DNA of 64,000 nt from the human T2T-CHM13v2.0 reference genome, Homo sapiens: NCBI RefSeq assembly GCF_009914755.1, contig NC_060929.1, one strand, 5' to 3'. Below are positions 14,978 through 29,444 of this stretch, one piece after another. The translations under genes and the position numbers were made by a program. The notes beneath the pieces were generated by a model. That model saw only the letters and a program-made list of their open reading frames with translations. It was not told the DNA's origin and searched no databases. How positions within the stretch are numbered: the stretch's first letter is position 1; every line of letters begins with the position of its first letter.

Positions 14978-15489
14978 CTGTACCTTTCCCTGGGCATGAT
15001 AGTGGCTTTCTAAATTTTCTTAGAAATGTGTTTGCCTTTAAATGTTCTAATATTTAAATGTCTGGCTTCCAAAAGGAGTAAAAAAAGAAAAATGAAGGGG
15101 GCAGAGAAATGCACTAGTCTTTTAAATCTCCTGGAAGTTGCTTCAGTCAGAGAAGGTGGGGCTTGTAACAATGGCAGTGAGGGTTGCAATAAGGCCGCTC
15201 TCTTATATCAGCACCTCCATGATCATAAACAGCAATCAGGGCACAGATCTTTGATATTTGGAGGAGAGGGTCCTCATTGACCACCCTGGCTCCCACAAGC
15301 TGTATGCATGCTCCTGGAACCTGTGCACAGCTGCCTGCCACGAAGCTGGGGGTGGTGGGGTGGCAGAGGGATGCTCACACCAAAAGCTGAAATTGACCAA
15401 AATTAATCACAGTTTACTACCCAAGTCTTCCCGTAGAAGTTGCAAGCCTTCAAATAGACTCCAGAGTTTCGAAACAGTTACTCAGATGT

Positions 15490-15720
15490 AGTTTAATAGG
15501 AGAACACTATGATTCTTTAGAAATGAATCCTGACATATTTAAGGGTAAAGAACCATGATGTCTATAGCTTTCTTTCAAATGGTTCAGCAAGCAAACAATA
15601 AAACTATAGGTATATAAAGAAAAGATGGCAAAAAGCAAACACTTTTTGAATCTATGTGGTAGGTATGTGAGTATTCATTGTCCTACAACTTTTTTTGTAT
15701 TTCAAATTTTTTATAAGAAG
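15490..15720 (+). mobile_element. Old L1M 3'UTR fragment
   Basis: 'tgacatatttaagggtaaag...catgatgtctatagctttctttcaaatggttcagc...tgagtattcattgt' is L1ME/MC-like. Confidence 0.5.
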
Positions 15721-16809
15721 TCATAACAACTACTAGATAAGGGATGTGGGGGAAGTGATTTCCTGTTTGGGTACTAGTTTCGTGGCCAGATGGATGGCAA
15801 GAACCATCCAAATTTGCACATGCCTGATTTAAGCATGTCACAAATAGTGGAGAGCATTCACTTAGAGGCCAGAATCTTCAAGGCCTATTGTACCACTCTA
15901 AATAGTTTCTAGTTCATCCATGAGCTAGCAAAAGCCCATAAATAGTTTTAAACAGAAGAATGACAAAAGCATGCTTGCACATATTTGAAACATCATTCAG
16001 GCTGGGGAATGGTTGGAAAGGTAGCAAGACTGGAAGCGTTGGGCCTTTTAGGGATTGTTGGTCAGTCTTCTGGGTCAATTGTAATGAAGCCTAAACTAGC
16101 ACAATGACCATGGAAACTGTGAGGTAGAATAGATCCAAGAGAACTTTACAAATATGGACCGAAGAATGAGACATCTCAAACTTCTATTAACCTCGGTTAA
16201 AACTGAAGTCTTAAGTCATCTTGATATTTGCTGAAAATCCCTGGAAAGAAAAGTCATCCTGTTGACATAAGTACTTTAAGAAATTAAGTGCTATGTTATT
16301 TATTGCCCATCTCAGCGAGATAAGGAAGACAAGTTTATAGAACACTTACATCTTAGCAATAATCAGAGTATAATGAAAAAATAATCCAGGCAAGGCAAAG
16401 ATCTCAAGTAAGACTAAAATGTACATGTTCTGAATCATGAATTATTATTTCAGTTCCTCTCTATGCTGAGAAAGAGCAAGGGGTTTACCAAGTGTTTGTA
16501 GCGCTTTTATGTAGCCTCTTGGAAATATAACCCTTAAAGCCTTGTGATAACCCTAGAGGATAAGAAAATACTTTCTTTTGAGAAATTGCTTATCTATGTC
16601 ATAAATATATTTGTTATGGGAAAGTGAATTATTTGTGTAATTGTAGGTGAAGTAATTGTATTAACTAAACTACCATTCAGTGTATTATGTAACACAGAAA
16701 GCACCCAACTTCCTAGTTTAATTTTCTCTTTATAAAGTGCTGAAATTAAAACATGCCTTTGACCAATTCTGATCCAAACACATGGCAAATCTTTATTCTT
16801 CTGTATGTG

Positions 16810-17080
16810 GTAGAATAGTCAGGACTTGGTGATTGGTTTGAAAGAGTGAGCAAGGAAGAATCTTCAAGACTGATGCCCGGGTTGCTGGCTTGGGTAACCA
16901 GGTAGGTGGTGAAGCTATTCAGTGAGTCAGGGCACACAGGAGAAGGAAGAGCAGGTTTCCAAGACAGTGAGTTTGACTTTGAACATAAAGAATTTGAGGT
17001 ACCTGTAGGACATCTGAGTAGAGCTGATTAATAGGCAGATGGAGATATGCATATGGAACTCAGGAAAAAGATCTGGAAAT
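16810..17080 (-). mobile_element. L2 fragment
   Basis: 'caggacttggtgattggttt...gagtttgactttgaacataaagaatttgaggtacctgtaggacatc'. Confidence 0.6.
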
Positions 17081-19644
17081 TTACATTTAAGCCAACTGCA
17101 CACAACTCAGGTAGAGCCACTCTCAGCTAAATTTGGGACCCTTGTAATATAATCTGAACCAGGAAAATGCAAATGTTTTTTAACACCATAATGCTTTCCT
17201 CATTGAGAATAGGACACGTTGACTTTGAAAGAAAATCAGTATTCACTGTGGTGAAATATTGCCCCTAGGTAATTTAAGAGGAAACCAGCCATAGCATTGA
17301 TGTTGAATAACCAAAGGGCATGAAGAACCCTCCGTCTTGCCCCCACCAGGGTCCACATTATAATAGGCACTCAAAAATTATTTGTTGAATGAACAAATGG
17401 TGAAATATCCCCATTCCCTACAGCCTGCTCCCAAATATGTCCCTATTACCTAATGAAACAGAAAATGCACTGGATGGAGGTATTTTCTTAAGTAAAAGAT
17501 CACCCCCAGGTACTTCTGGGATGGGTAATACTGCAGCCACACCAGTCACACAATTCTCCAGAGAAATAATTTCTGGAAATGGGAAGAGGAACAGACATGG
17601 GGGAAAGTGGGAGGAATGGGAAGAGAGAAGAGGCCACAGAGGTCAGGCTGCTTCCTTCACATCTTTTCCTGGGGTGGATCTGGCCTCGGCTGGAGGCCCT
17701 TCACCCTGAACTCTTAAACGAACAAAAAGTGTCCTTCCCACCCTTTCCGTAGCTTGCTTTCAAACATGTTTCTGGGAACCCCCTGGAGATAGCAACAGAG
17801 TCTGTGGACCACCTCCCACCTCCACTTATTTTTTGTTATGTCACAGCATTGATCTTTGTGACTAAGTGGCAACCCAAAAAGCCCAGGAACAGCATGCCTC
17901 CCTCAAGAGTAATTTTGCAAACTCTCAGGGGAGGAACAAGATCCAGGGTTTGCCAGTGGTGCCATTTGCAATGGCTGTGGAGATGGGAGGGTGGCGGGGA
18001 AAGGAAAGCCTTTGCTGCAGCTGCAGAGATCTCATCAAAGGCCCGCAGTTCAGGTGGAGTAAAGGAGTTGCAAACCTTGTGGGGAGAATGTGCTCAGCCT
18101 CTGCTCTGGCTTTGCCCATTGCTTTTATTATGTTTCAGTTTTTCTCCTTATGTCACTGTTGGCTTCTGTCTTGATAAGCAGCCGTTCAGAAAGCATAAAC
18201 CTATGCCTGGACTGTCACCCTTTAGAGACTAAAATGGAATGTTTCTGGAATACACTTTCCCCTCAGGTCTGCACGCAGCCCCAGGCACAGCAACTCCACA
18301 GCTGGGGAGTGCAGAGTCAGGCCACCACCCATATCATTGAGGCTTCCCAATTGTTTTTCCATGATAAAAATAGACGATTAACACAAATTTATTTGGGAAG
18401 AAGGGAAGTTCTGAATAAACGGGTTAACAGCCTCCATTACAGACCTCTTCCTCACCAGCTGCCATCCTCAGATGGCAGGTGCTCAGTAAATATTTGCACT
18501 ATGTACTGGGGGTTGAATTAGGTTTACGTGATTGACATGAAATGCCAGCCAATCCATCTTACTAATTCTGCTTTGTTCCAAGAGCTCTAGGGTCCGGCCT
18601 TCAACAACAGCTGGGGGAAAGGCTCTACCAGATTTCTTCTCCTCATCCTCCAAAATCCTGGTGAATTCATCACCTGAGTTAAAATTACCATCCTCTTGCA
18701 AAGCAGCGTCTATAGACATGAACCATCCTAACTCCAGCTGTTTGTTATAGCCAAAGCAACATGAACTTAATTTAAATGGATGAGTGAGTGTTGGTGGTGA
18801 AAATCACGCTAAGAATGACCAAAGAAACAGGCTGTAAGATTCCCTGAATAGTGCTTTGGCCTCAGAATATGTAGAGGTGTGGGGAAATGTTAGGTGCACC
18901 CCATCTGGGCAACATCTGTTGTTTTGGGAGCCGAAAGTTTATTTGCTGAAGCATATCTGAAGGGTTTGATTTGGTTTTCCTGTTTCCATTCTGGGCTCTG
19001 GTGCTTAATTTTGCTTCGTGAGGCTCTCAAGGGACAGGTGCATCCCATCTGCTGACTTCCTGTTGGCTCTGAGGTGACATATTCTCATTAAGACGGCTCC
19101 TATTTAAATGCTGTGTCTTCTGCTATTGCCGTCTCCGCATCTTTCTCCTTTTCAGTTTTCTTTCTCTCCAACTGGTCCCAATGGACTCAAATGGACTACT
19201 TGACATTCCCCTGCTTTCAGTCCTCCACCTGTATTCCATCAGTATGGAATACGATAATTACTTCGTTCATGTTTTAATTCACTGGGCTGCAAACAAGAGC
19301 CAGGGAAAGCGAGAAACTCCATTTTCCACTGGAAAATGCCCAGGGGTTAACAAGAGAAGTGTTCACAGGAAAGGAAATTAATGGCTTGATGAGATTTCAG
19401 GGTGTGTACTGGAGAGGATCACCCAACAGGAAGCCTCTTCCCTGATGCTGAGGCCATGAATACATTCCGTACCACAGCAGGATTTGAAGTGCAGATCCAC
19501 ACACGTACCTCATATTTCACTATGAGAGTTACTTCTTAAGCATGCTGTTAAAAGATGGGTATTTAACTGGGCTAGAGCATTTTGTTTCTCAAGTGGGAGG
19601 AGCTCAGTAGACTAGAAATTACATCATTATCATCATGATCATTG

Positions 19645-20372
19645 TTGTTGTATATAAAAGAACATGGCTGGCCTTTGTCCATAGTCCCTGTGAGCTAACC
19701 TAAGTCGTTGGATTTTCCTGAGTGATAGGAGTATCTTTGTTATTCATGGTGGGCCCCTCAGACCATATCTTAGTTTATGCTAATACTGTGGCTCAGGATG
19801 GGATCTGTCTATGCTAGAAAGACTAACCATGTGATGAGAGGGTTGAAGCTTTGAGCTGCGTGATATCAACCCCACCTCTGGGGAGGAGAATGGAGCTAGA
19901 GATTGACTCCAACCATACAGAAATGATGTAACCAACCATGCCTATGTAATGAAACTCCAATAAAAACTCTGGATACCAAGGCTGGGTTGAGCTTCCTGGT
20001 TGGTGATACGCTGATGTGTCAGGAGGGTGCCACATCCTGAGGACATGGAAGTTTTGCATATGAGCCCTTCCAGACTTTGCCCTATGGGTCTTTTCTTTTG
20101 TCTGGTCCTGACTTGTATCCTCTATAATAAAACTATAGTCATAAATATAGCACTTTTTTAAGTTCTGTGAGTCACTCTACTGAATTATCAACCCTGAAGA
20201 GGTAGTGGAAACTTCTGAATTTGTACCCAGTTGGTCAAAAGTGCAAAGGGCCTGTGAGTCCTGGAACTTACAGCTGATGTCTAAAGTGAATAGAGTCTTG
20301 TTGGGTTCATGCCCTTGAATCTGTGGAGTCTATGTTAATTGCCAAGTAGTTAGTATCAGAATCGCATTGCAG
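19645..20372 (+). mobile_element. MER21-family solo LTR
   Basis: 'ttcctgagtgataggagtatctttgttattcatggtgggcccct', 'cctatgtaatgaaactccaataaaaactctgga'; inserted in a (CAT)n-rich tract. Confidence 0.75.
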
Positions 20373-21664
20373 TCATCATCATCATCATTGCCTCACTTTA
20401 TTGAGTTATTACCAAATGGTACTTTGTATATGTCATGGGACCCCCAAATTTATACACTATACTCAGATATGCAAAGAAAATGTTGCTCTCACAATGGATT
20501 TTATCTAACGATCTTCACTTTCTTCCTCAGTCATTGAATAGTAGGAGAAAAACAGAATTTAAATTTGATAATTTATAGCATCAGAGTCTCTTTCAGTTTA
20601 AACTCTTTTAACTCCATCTTTTTAGAGCATGTACTCAACCTTCCAAGCTCTCCTTTCCCACCCACAATCCTCTTTAGGGTGAAATTTAGAGTTTTGGGTG
20701 GAATCATGGCCTAAAGGTTGTCAATGCTGTGTCAGCAAAAGGGACTCAAATCCTTGGAGCCATGCTGCCCTTAGGCTTGAGCAAGAGCTGCCCTTGGCAG
20801 GCGGGGGCAGTTCTTGCTCTGACTTTTCTCTTGTCACAGCCCACACCAAGGGGCAGGGTCTCCAGGCAGCCAAGGAGATGTGCTCACCAGAGTCTGCACC
20901 TCCACTACTGCGTCATATTCAGGATACCCAGGACACAGGAATCCCTTCCTTCCCAACTTCTCCAGTGCACTTTCAGGGCCTCTGCAGGCTTCCTCCTTAG
21001 GTTTATCTCCTGATGGTGGACCCCACAACAAGTATGCATACCCTTAGGCCAAAGAGGTGGCCAAGGAGAAGCTGTAGCAGAATGGGATTGGGGTGAAGGA
21101 GCCTGGACCTGCAGCCTGGGGGGTCTATGTGCCTGTGCAAACCTTCCAGACAAAGTTGGGGTTGAGAAGAGATAGAAGCAGGCTGGGGCTGCATTTGTAC
21201 TCACCTCGGGCCCTGCTCTGGATCCTCATCGGCTTCTGATGCACTGTGACTTGTCTGATCCAGATCCTGGGCAGGTGACCTCTGAGTTGTCAGGCCTTTG
21301 CAATGATGCACTGGCATCCATCACTGGAGTCCATGGTCCTTGACGTTCACCTTCAGTCATGAAGTCCACATATACAGGGTTTACTCTGTCTTGACTGCAG
21401 GACTCGGCCAGCAAACCAGCCCTCTCATCTTCACCTGTCCCCTCATGGAAGCACAGGGAAACTTCTAGAACCCCTGCATATCATATGTAACTATGGGAAA
21501 TCAGGAACATTGCCACCTCTCTGCTCCTCCTCTGGCTACCATTTATACTGTACTGGATGTGGCCATAGGGGAGGCTTCCCTTAAAGTTTCATCATTCAAT
21601 ATATAGTCTACATATGGCTTGCAGGAGTTCTAGAAATTTCTTTATGCAGTTGAAAAGAGGTTAG

Positions 21665-21815
21665 TCTGAATTGAGATGTGCTGCACCAAATACACATCAG
21701 ATTTCAAAGACTGACCCCCCCCCAAAAGTAAAATATCTCATTAATTTTTTCTATTGATTGCATGTTGAAATGATAATATTTTGGATATATTGAGTTAGAT
21801 AAAATACATTATTGA
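21665..21815. mobile_element. hAT-Charlie MER33/MER3-like fragment
   Basis: 'aatacacatcagatttcaaagact...catgttgaaatgataatattttggatatattgagtt'. Confidence 0.6.
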
Positions 21816-21819
21816 TTTT

Positions 21820-21997
21820 ATCTTTCTTTTTTAGATTTCTTTCTTTTTTAGAGACATGATCTTGCTCTGTTGTCCCAGCCAGAGTGCAGAGTTGCCATCA
21901 TAGCTTACTGCAGGCTCTAACTCCTGGGCTCAAGCAAATCTCCTTCCTCAGTCTCCCAAAGTGCTTGGATTACAGATATAAACTACCACGCCTGGCC
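21820..21997 (-). mobile_element. Old Alu monomer (FAM/FRAM/AluJ-like)
   Basis: 'gagacatgatcttgctctgttgtccc...ctcctgggctcaagc...caccacgcctggcc'. Confidence 0.8.
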
Positions 21998-23678
21998 TAT
22001 TTCTTCTTCTTTTCCTTCTTTTAGTAGGCTTTTTGTTAATTTATTTATTTGTCCTAGTTTTCTGGCAATCTGAGCAGTTAAAGCAGAAAGCTTTTAGGGC
22101 TTTAACCTTGAGCCAATGAAGCTAGATGAATAACTCTTTGTAAATGGTAAAGCAGCTGCAATAAAAAAAAAAAAAATGGCCAGATTGGCCTGGCTCAGCA
22201 GATGGCCTAGAACCAGGGAGCCAGGACTAGCCATTGGTTCATTACCTCTTCTGCAAAGCCTTAGGGAGCCTGCCTCACCCGTAGTCTCCTTCTGAGGGTG
22301 ACCAAGAGTGATGGTACATGACCCATGACCCCGTCACATTAATAGAACAAGGAAGCTATTGTTGGATTAGCCAGAGCCTGAAGGTGACCTTGAGCAAGAA
22401 CTCCACCAGCTGGATGGTGAAGGCTGTCCAACCAGATGCTCTGTCAGGGCATTCAATATAGACACACAGAGAAAGTCTGTTGGTAAAGTCAGGAGCAGCA
22501 GGTGCAGAGGCAAAATATATGCATCATTGTCATGGTGGAGCCCCAGAGCAGGGATCTGCAGATGCCCAATTCTGAAGAGTCGCCAACCAGATACTGTTGT
22601 GGCAGTGTCACCAGAGCTACTACTGGAGTAATGGGGCTACAACCACTTCCTGGACCATGTTTTTGTTTCCATGGAGGCCTGACCACGTGGCCTGAGACAA
22701 CTTTCTGTCTCCTTTATTTTCCTAAGTAGCCTTATATAATAATTAACCCTCATTTGTGGAAATAACCTAAGGACATATCTGTATCTTGAAACCTTGAAAC
22801 CACTGAATCTAATATACTTGCACATGCTACAAAAAGAAACAACCAAAAGGATCAGACCACAGCTTGCTTCCCTAATGAAAGACTAGTGGTTCACGTCAAC
22901 CCCACGAAGTGGTTCTTTCTAGATGTCACCAGTAGGGCAGCTCATTCCTAATCCTCTTCCACATTGCCAGCCTCCGCTTTAGAAACTGGAACAGGGAAAT
23001 GCTTCTTTCCCAACAATTCCTGCAGCTAAGCATCGCCTGTTTCTTTTTGCTTTAAAAACGTGGCCAGCAGAAAAGTTAAAATTACATATATGGTTCACAT
23101 TAGATTTCTACTGAACAGCTCTGTCCTAGAGACTTGGTGGCCCAGCCAAACTGTCTGAGGCAAATGGTATTTGCCTCCCCAGCCTTGCAGTTCCTCATAC
23201 ATGACCTCTTTGCCCTCTTGTTGTCTCTCGTCGTCTTTGTCATTCCATCAGAGAAGGGCAGAATTCCTCCTTCATTTTCCTATCTCCTGTGAACTTCTCC
23301 TGTGTTCTAGCCTCTTTCCTTCCGAAGCCTCTAAGCCAAGCCTCACAGCTCAGCCATAATGATGGAAAGGGAGTCTGCTCTACACTTTGAAAGAAACTTT
23401 ATAATCCTGTCAGTTAGACTTGTTCTGGATGAGCAACAAACAAAATTTGAATTTTTTTCCTTTTTAAAAAAGTTTAAAGTTTCTTCTTCTGTGATCCCTC
23501 TTCCCTCTCCAAAGTCCTACTTTGGATGTCAAAAACTACATATAACCTCCCACTTCCTCTTTGGTTTCCTTTTGTAATACTCCCAACTCTCTGTGATGCA
23601 TCTCTGAATGAACGGGGTGAATGCAAAATGAGAAAAACACATTCATAAATTTTAAATGTGTGTATCTGTTATATGAAT

Positions 23679-23916
23679 GCAGTCATCCTTCAGTATACAC
23701 AGGGGATTGATTCCAGAACCCCGTGTATAATCAAATCCAAGCATACTCAAGTCCCGCAGTCAGCCCTGCAGAACAAGCATATAGGAAAAGTCAGCCCTCC
23801 CCATACATGGGTTTCACATCCCAGGAATGCTGTAATTTCCATTCATGTTTAGTTGGAGAAAAGCTGCTGTAAGTAGACTTGCACAGTTCAAACTTGAGTT
23901 GTTCAAGTGTCAACTG
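23679..23916. mobile_element. MER2 (TcMar-Tigger) DNA transposon relic
   Basis: Ends 'cagtcatccttcagtatacacaggggattgattccag' and 'gttgttcaagtgtcaactg' form imperfect terminal inverted repeats. Confidence 0.7.
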
Positions 23917-24192
23917 TGTTATCTAATATCATCATCAACAACATATATGCCCAAGAAGTAGGTATAATTAACTCTATTTTATATATGAAGAAATGAGACT
24001 AAAAGGTATCAGTGGCAAAACTAAAATTTCAACTTAGGTTTTTGGACCCTTAAAGCCTCATTCATTCAATTCAATGAATATTTATTATCCACTTTATGCT
24101 AGGCACTGTTCTAGACACTTGGGATGCATCAGTGAATGAAACAAGCTCTCTGAAGGCAATTTTCTAGCAAGGGGGGGACAGATTATAAACAA

Positions 24193-24812
24193 TGTGGTTG
24201 GCAGAATAATGGCTCCCAAAATATGTTCATGTCCTGATCCCCAGAACCTGTGAATATGTTACACTGGATGGCAAAAAGGACTTTGCAGCTATGATTAATG
24301 TTATGAACCTTGAGATGGGGAAAGTATCGTGGGTTATCCAGTTGGGCTCAGTGTAATCACATGGGCCCTTGGAAGTGGAAGAAGAAAGCAGAAGAATCAG
24401 TCAGAGAGACATGGGATGGAAGAAGAGGCAGGAAAGATTTGAAGCATGAGGGGTACTTGACCTACTGTTGCTGGCTTAGAAGATGAAGGAAGGAGCCATG
24501 AGCCAAGGAATATGAGTGGCCTCTGGAAACTGGGAATGCCAACAAGGAAACAGGAACCTGAGTCTATCAATCACAAGGAACTAAATTCTGCCAGCAATCT
24601 GCATAAGCAAGAAGACAGATTCTCCCCTAGAGCCTCCAGAAATGAAGGCAGCCCTGCCAACACCTTGACTTTGGCTTTGAGAGACTCTAGCCAGAGAAAG
24701 CAGCTGAGCCCACCAGACTTTTGACCAATAGAACAATAAGATAATAAATCTCTGTTGTTTTGAACTGCTAAGTGTGTGGTAATGTGCTATGACAGTAATA
24801 GGAAATGAATAC
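24193..24812 (+). mobile_element. MLT1D-like MaLR solo LTR
   Basis: TG...CA termini; 'tgtggttggcagaataatggctccc', 'aataaatctctgttgttt' and 'aggaaatgaataca'. Confidence 0.85.
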
Positions 24813-24967
24813 AAGCAATACATATAATAAATAAGCATATCAGTCAGTATCCAATGAGGAAAAGAAAAACCGTTCTCGATAATCAAAGCAAAAAGATTTA
24901 ACGCATGTAACTGGTGGGAAAATTTCTGGAAGGGCTGGAAGAACAAAAGAGGAAAGGGAATATTACC

Positions 24968-25400
24968 TGTATGGCAGACTGATTGCATTTATGGTCACAA
25001 TCCTTTACCCTTCCCCGTACCCAGATCCTTTGCCATGTGACTTTGGAGTCCCTCCCATAAAAGTGGAGTGCATTTCTCCACCCTATGTGACTTATGGGGC
25101 AGAAGTGATGATGAGCCACTTCTAAATCCAGGCTCATGAGGCTCTGCACGTTTCCACTTGCTGCCTCTCGGATGCCTGCCATCACCATAGAACATGCTCA
25201 GGCTCTCTTGCTGGAGGACAAGAAACCCATGTCTCAGAGTCTAGTGGCCACAGTCAAGGCCAGCCCATCCGAGCCAACAACCAGCCAACACCTAGCTAAC
25301 CCTGGATAGACAAACACTACATTCTTTTATTTTTGAATGCTACTAAAATGTTATGGTTGTATGTTTCATGGAACTATTTTGGCAATAGGTAACTTACATC
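24968..25400 (+). mobile_element. MLT1F/G-like LTR fragment
   Basis: 'tttgccatgtgactttggagtccctcccat...tggcaataggtaacttaca'. Confidence 0.5.
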
Positions 25401-26519
25401 CATGGAAATCAGGAAATTATCATCACTCCTGACTTAGAGGGTAAAAAGTGGGAAGGGGTGTTACTCAGAGATCAGGAAGCTGCTACTGCCCCTAGCTGAT
25501 GCCCATAAGCCCAGTATTTATCACTGTACTGCTGGAGAGACTGTTGCTGCTACTAACACTGATGGAGACACTATTGCTGACGTTGCTGGAAACACTGCCA
25601 CTAGAATTCAGAAAGTGATTCCCACCCCATGGTTGAAATTCATGAGTCCACAGTGTTGGAGGCATACTTGTGTTAATGAACAGAAGATAAACTCTGCCTC
25701 CATCTTCTTATCTTCATATCTCTCATTAATGCCTCCCAAGGGCAGATACTAACAAGCACAAAGCTGACCAAGGAGTACAGGAAATGTAGTTTACAGCCTT
25801 TCGGCCCCAACAGTACAAGGGAAATTAGAGAAGAAGCCTGGATGGAGCTGTGTGCTAAAGGCATTGTCTGGCACAATAAATAAATTATATGATAATTTAG
25901 AATAATAAGTACTATAGGAATAAAACAAGAAAAAACGAAAGCAGGATTTAGATAAATGAGCATGTCCTTAATCACTATGTTTTACTACCTCCCAGCTAAT
26001 ACATCCAGACTGTTTCGTTTTTCTAAGCCATTCCCACCCTTGGTAGATAGATAATAACAAAAGGACAAAGGTTTTTTCTGGGAAGGAGGGGCCAGTAGGG
26101 AATAGAAATACACATTAGGAAGAAGTGGGAGAATGGGAGAGGAGTCGTGCCTGGCACATGCAGGCTAAAAAAGAAAAAAGTTGCATAAACATTGCTGGGA
26201 TTTAGATACCTATTTAATTCTGTTTCATAAATCATTTGTTCCTACCTATGTGCCACAAGGTACCATACTATGAACTTTGAGGAATACAAATATAGCCTGG
26301 ATATCAGCAGTCTGATTGTCCTGCAAGTCCTACAAACTGCAGGTGTCAACTTGTCTGTTAGGATTTGGTTAAACTGCTTTACCTCCCATTCCATATATTG
26401 TGAAAACTCATCATTCTCTACCTATCGATCTGGGTTCTCTTGGGGTACCTGAGGGTCTGGTCCTGAATTCTTTCTACTGTATCGTTGGTTTCTGCTTGGA
26501 GTTTTTCCTCATGTATACA

Positions 26520-27404
26520 TTATCAATCAACATAAAGCAAACTCTGTAAAATATTTAAAGAGGTTTATTCTGAGCTAATGTAAGTGACCGTGGCATGGAG
26601 ACCAGTCTCAGGAGGTCCTGAAAAAGTGTGCTTGAGGTGCTCAGGGTGGTCAGGTTACAGTTTGGTTTTATACATTTTAGGGAGACAGAAGTTACAAGCA
26701 AAGGCATAAATTAATACAGTTCAGTCCCAAAAGGCGGGGCACCTCGAAGGGGCAGGGGCATGGGGGGGTAACTCAAGGGTCATAGGTGGATTCAAAAGTT
26801 CTATGATTGGCCATTGGTTGAAAGAGTTAAACTAAAGACACGAAGTCAGTAGGAAGAAATGCTTAAGGGGGGGTCATGGAAGCCAACATTCTTGTTACAT
26901 GGATGAAGGCTCCAGGTAGGAGGCTTCAGAGACAAATAGATAGTAAACGTCTCTTTGTGGACCTTAAGAGGGCTTAGGCTTAATCTCTCCTAGATCTGGG
27001 AAAGCCCTAGCTGCATAAATGGAGATTCTCTATAGATGCAGAATTTCCCCACAAAAGACCACTTTGCAGAGCCATTTTAAAATATGTCAAAGAAATATAT
27101 TTTGGGGTAAAATATTTTGATTTCCTTCAGGGTCTGCTATCTGTCATGGATGCTATACCAGAGTCAGGTTGGAATTTGGTATCTTATTGCCGAAGAGTCT
27201 GTTTTGTCAGTCTTATGATCTCTATCTTGGTCAGTTGTGCCTAAACTCCAAAAGAGGGAGTGTAAGGAGGCCTGTCCGACCTTCCTTCCTGTCAGGGCCG
27301 GGAATTCATTCAGTTTTTCAGGTTCTTCTGGGGTCCCCTGGCCAAGGGGGGAGGTCAGTTCAGTCAATTGGTGGGGGGATGTAGGATTTTATTTTTGGTT
27401 TACA
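26520..27404 (-). mobile_element. MER4-family ERV1 solo LTR
   Basis: 'aaaatatttaaagaggtttattctgagc', 'tttggttttatacattttagggagacag', 'tatgtcaaagaaatatattttggggtaaaatattttga' and end 'tttttggtttaca'. Confidence 0.8.
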
Positions 27405-28188
27405 ACATAATCCAAATCCCTTTATTATATCAGGTCAACATCAGATATTGCCACAGTCCCTTCCGGCCCCAAAGTACCCACTGCCTAATGCTATATCTGG
27501 GCAGATGTAATGGCAGGCTCAGGGCCATGGAGGGAGCTTGGCAATGCAGAAACGGAAATCTGGTGTAAAACAACTTAGACATCCTTATCTCGACACATCT
27601 GTCAGTCTTCTCCCCACCTGGAGGAATTTTCATTTATATCTCACCGACATTCCCTTTTACTCAGATTCCCTTCTCCCTATCTCACTTCCTTCCTTCCTCA
27701 ACCGGTAAAAGTTTGACCTCCTCTCCCACCAAAATTTCTGTTAAGTGGAGCAATTGAACTGTCTTTGTTTTACCATGTGACCATTATCTAGGTAGGCTAC
27801 CCAACTTTCCTATTAAGCTGTGTTCCTGAACAAACACATAGTTCCCTCCTTAAACAAAATTTTGCAGTCAGCTTTTAAAATCATTTTCCCTCTTCCCATC
27901 AAAACAAAGATAATAAGCCAGTGCTTCCATATTCACAGGTACTTCCTGGTATACACACAGGAGTTGCCTGCAGAAAACGTCCTGCAGAATGTTCCAGGAA
28001 TTTGATCTCCATGTACTGTTCTGAGAGGCTAGCCTGCGGAGAATGAAAGTAAGGAGGTATGTCATTAGATCAAGATATTTTGAAAATATGCACCCTCATT
28101 TCACATGGTAAATGGGAAATTAATTATTTTCTTTTAAAAATAAACACCCAGGGAACTTTTGTTTCTATAAGAAAGACTAGGTAATTTG

Positions 28189-28757
28189 TTCTTCTTTATT
28201 TTTTAAATGTTTTTATTTTATTTATTTTTATTTTGTGGGTATATAGTAGGTATATATCTTTATGGGGTACATGAGATATTTTAATACAGGCATGTAACGT
28301 ATAATAATCACATCGGGGTAAATGGGGTACCCATCACCTCAAGCATTCATTCTTTGTGTCATAAGCAATCCAATTATACTCTTTTAGTTATTATGAAATG
28401 TATAATTAAATTATTTTTGACTATAATCACTTTGTTGTGCTAGCGAATACTAGGTCTTATTCATTCTTTCTTTCTAACTATTTTTTTGTACCTGCTAACT
28501 TTCCCCACTTCCCCTCCCCCACTACCCTTCCCAGTCTCTAGTAACCATCCTTCTGCTCTCTAGCTCCTGAATTCCATTGTTTTAATTTTTAGCTCTCGCA
28601 AATAAGTGAGGGCATATGAAGTTTGCCTTTCTGTGCCTGGCTTATTTCATTTAACATACTGACTTCTGGTTCTATCCATGTTGTTGCAAATGACAGTATC
28701 TTATCCCTTTTTATGGCTGAATAGTACTCCATTGTGTATAGGTACCACATTTTCTTT
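28189..28757 (-). mobile_element. L1MA 3' end (5'-truncated)
   Basis: Antisense L1MA 3'UTR plus ORF2 C-terminus (KMWYLYTMEYYSAIK); TSD gactaggtaatttg at 28175-28188 and 28762-28775. Confidence 0.88.
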
Positions 28758-28820
28758 AGAGGACTAGGTAATTTGAACCAAGCCTTTGACTGAGGGCAAA
28801 CAGAAAAGCTGGATGAAAAA

Positions 28821-28822
<2 letters not shown>

Positions 28823-28876
<54 letters not shown>

Positions 28877-28880
28877 ACAC
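28823..28880. repeat. (CA)n microsatellite
   Basis: About 24 uninterrupted AC units plus a short extension. Confidence 0.97.
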
Positions 28881-29444
28881 TTTAAAATATCAGAGAGCTA
28901 ATAAGGTAGTTAAGAATTATTTTTCTATGATCTAGGAAAAGACAGAAATATATAGAGTTGAGCCTGGCAAATAGGGCTTTTTTCCTTGGAAGTGCTTAAT
29001 GATTTCTGAATAGACTGTTGAAAGGCAGAGCAGAATTTTGAGCAGCTTCAGAGGCTAAAGGATGAAAACTGGAGTCTAGGACCCTCTAAGATAACATATT
29101 TCCATGCTTTGAATTGGAACCATCAAAGCCTGAATTCTAGGAATAAGGATAAATCAGAATTATAAAACAGATTTATAGTGAGAGTGCTAGAAAAAAGAGA
29201 GAGAATGGTACAGAAAGAATAGTTGAAGAGAATTTTGAAGAAAATAGCCTGGGAATTTTCTAAGAATGATGAAATCATCCAGCCACAGATTTAAGAAATA
29301 TCATGAACCTCAAGAAGGCTAAATATAAAGGTCCTTTAAATTTACATATAAATTGTGATAATTTCTACAAAAGTATCTGATTTAGATTGCATAGAATTTA
29401 TAGACCAATTTGGGATGATTAACATCTTTTTAATTTTATTTTCT

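Noticed and set aside
21199-21420. Minus-strand segment ending in a strong donor (gag|gtgagt at 21205), with faint resemblance to a retroviral integrase C-terminus
   Set aside because: No convincing acceptor, frames contain stops, and the resemblance is too weak to assert without a search.
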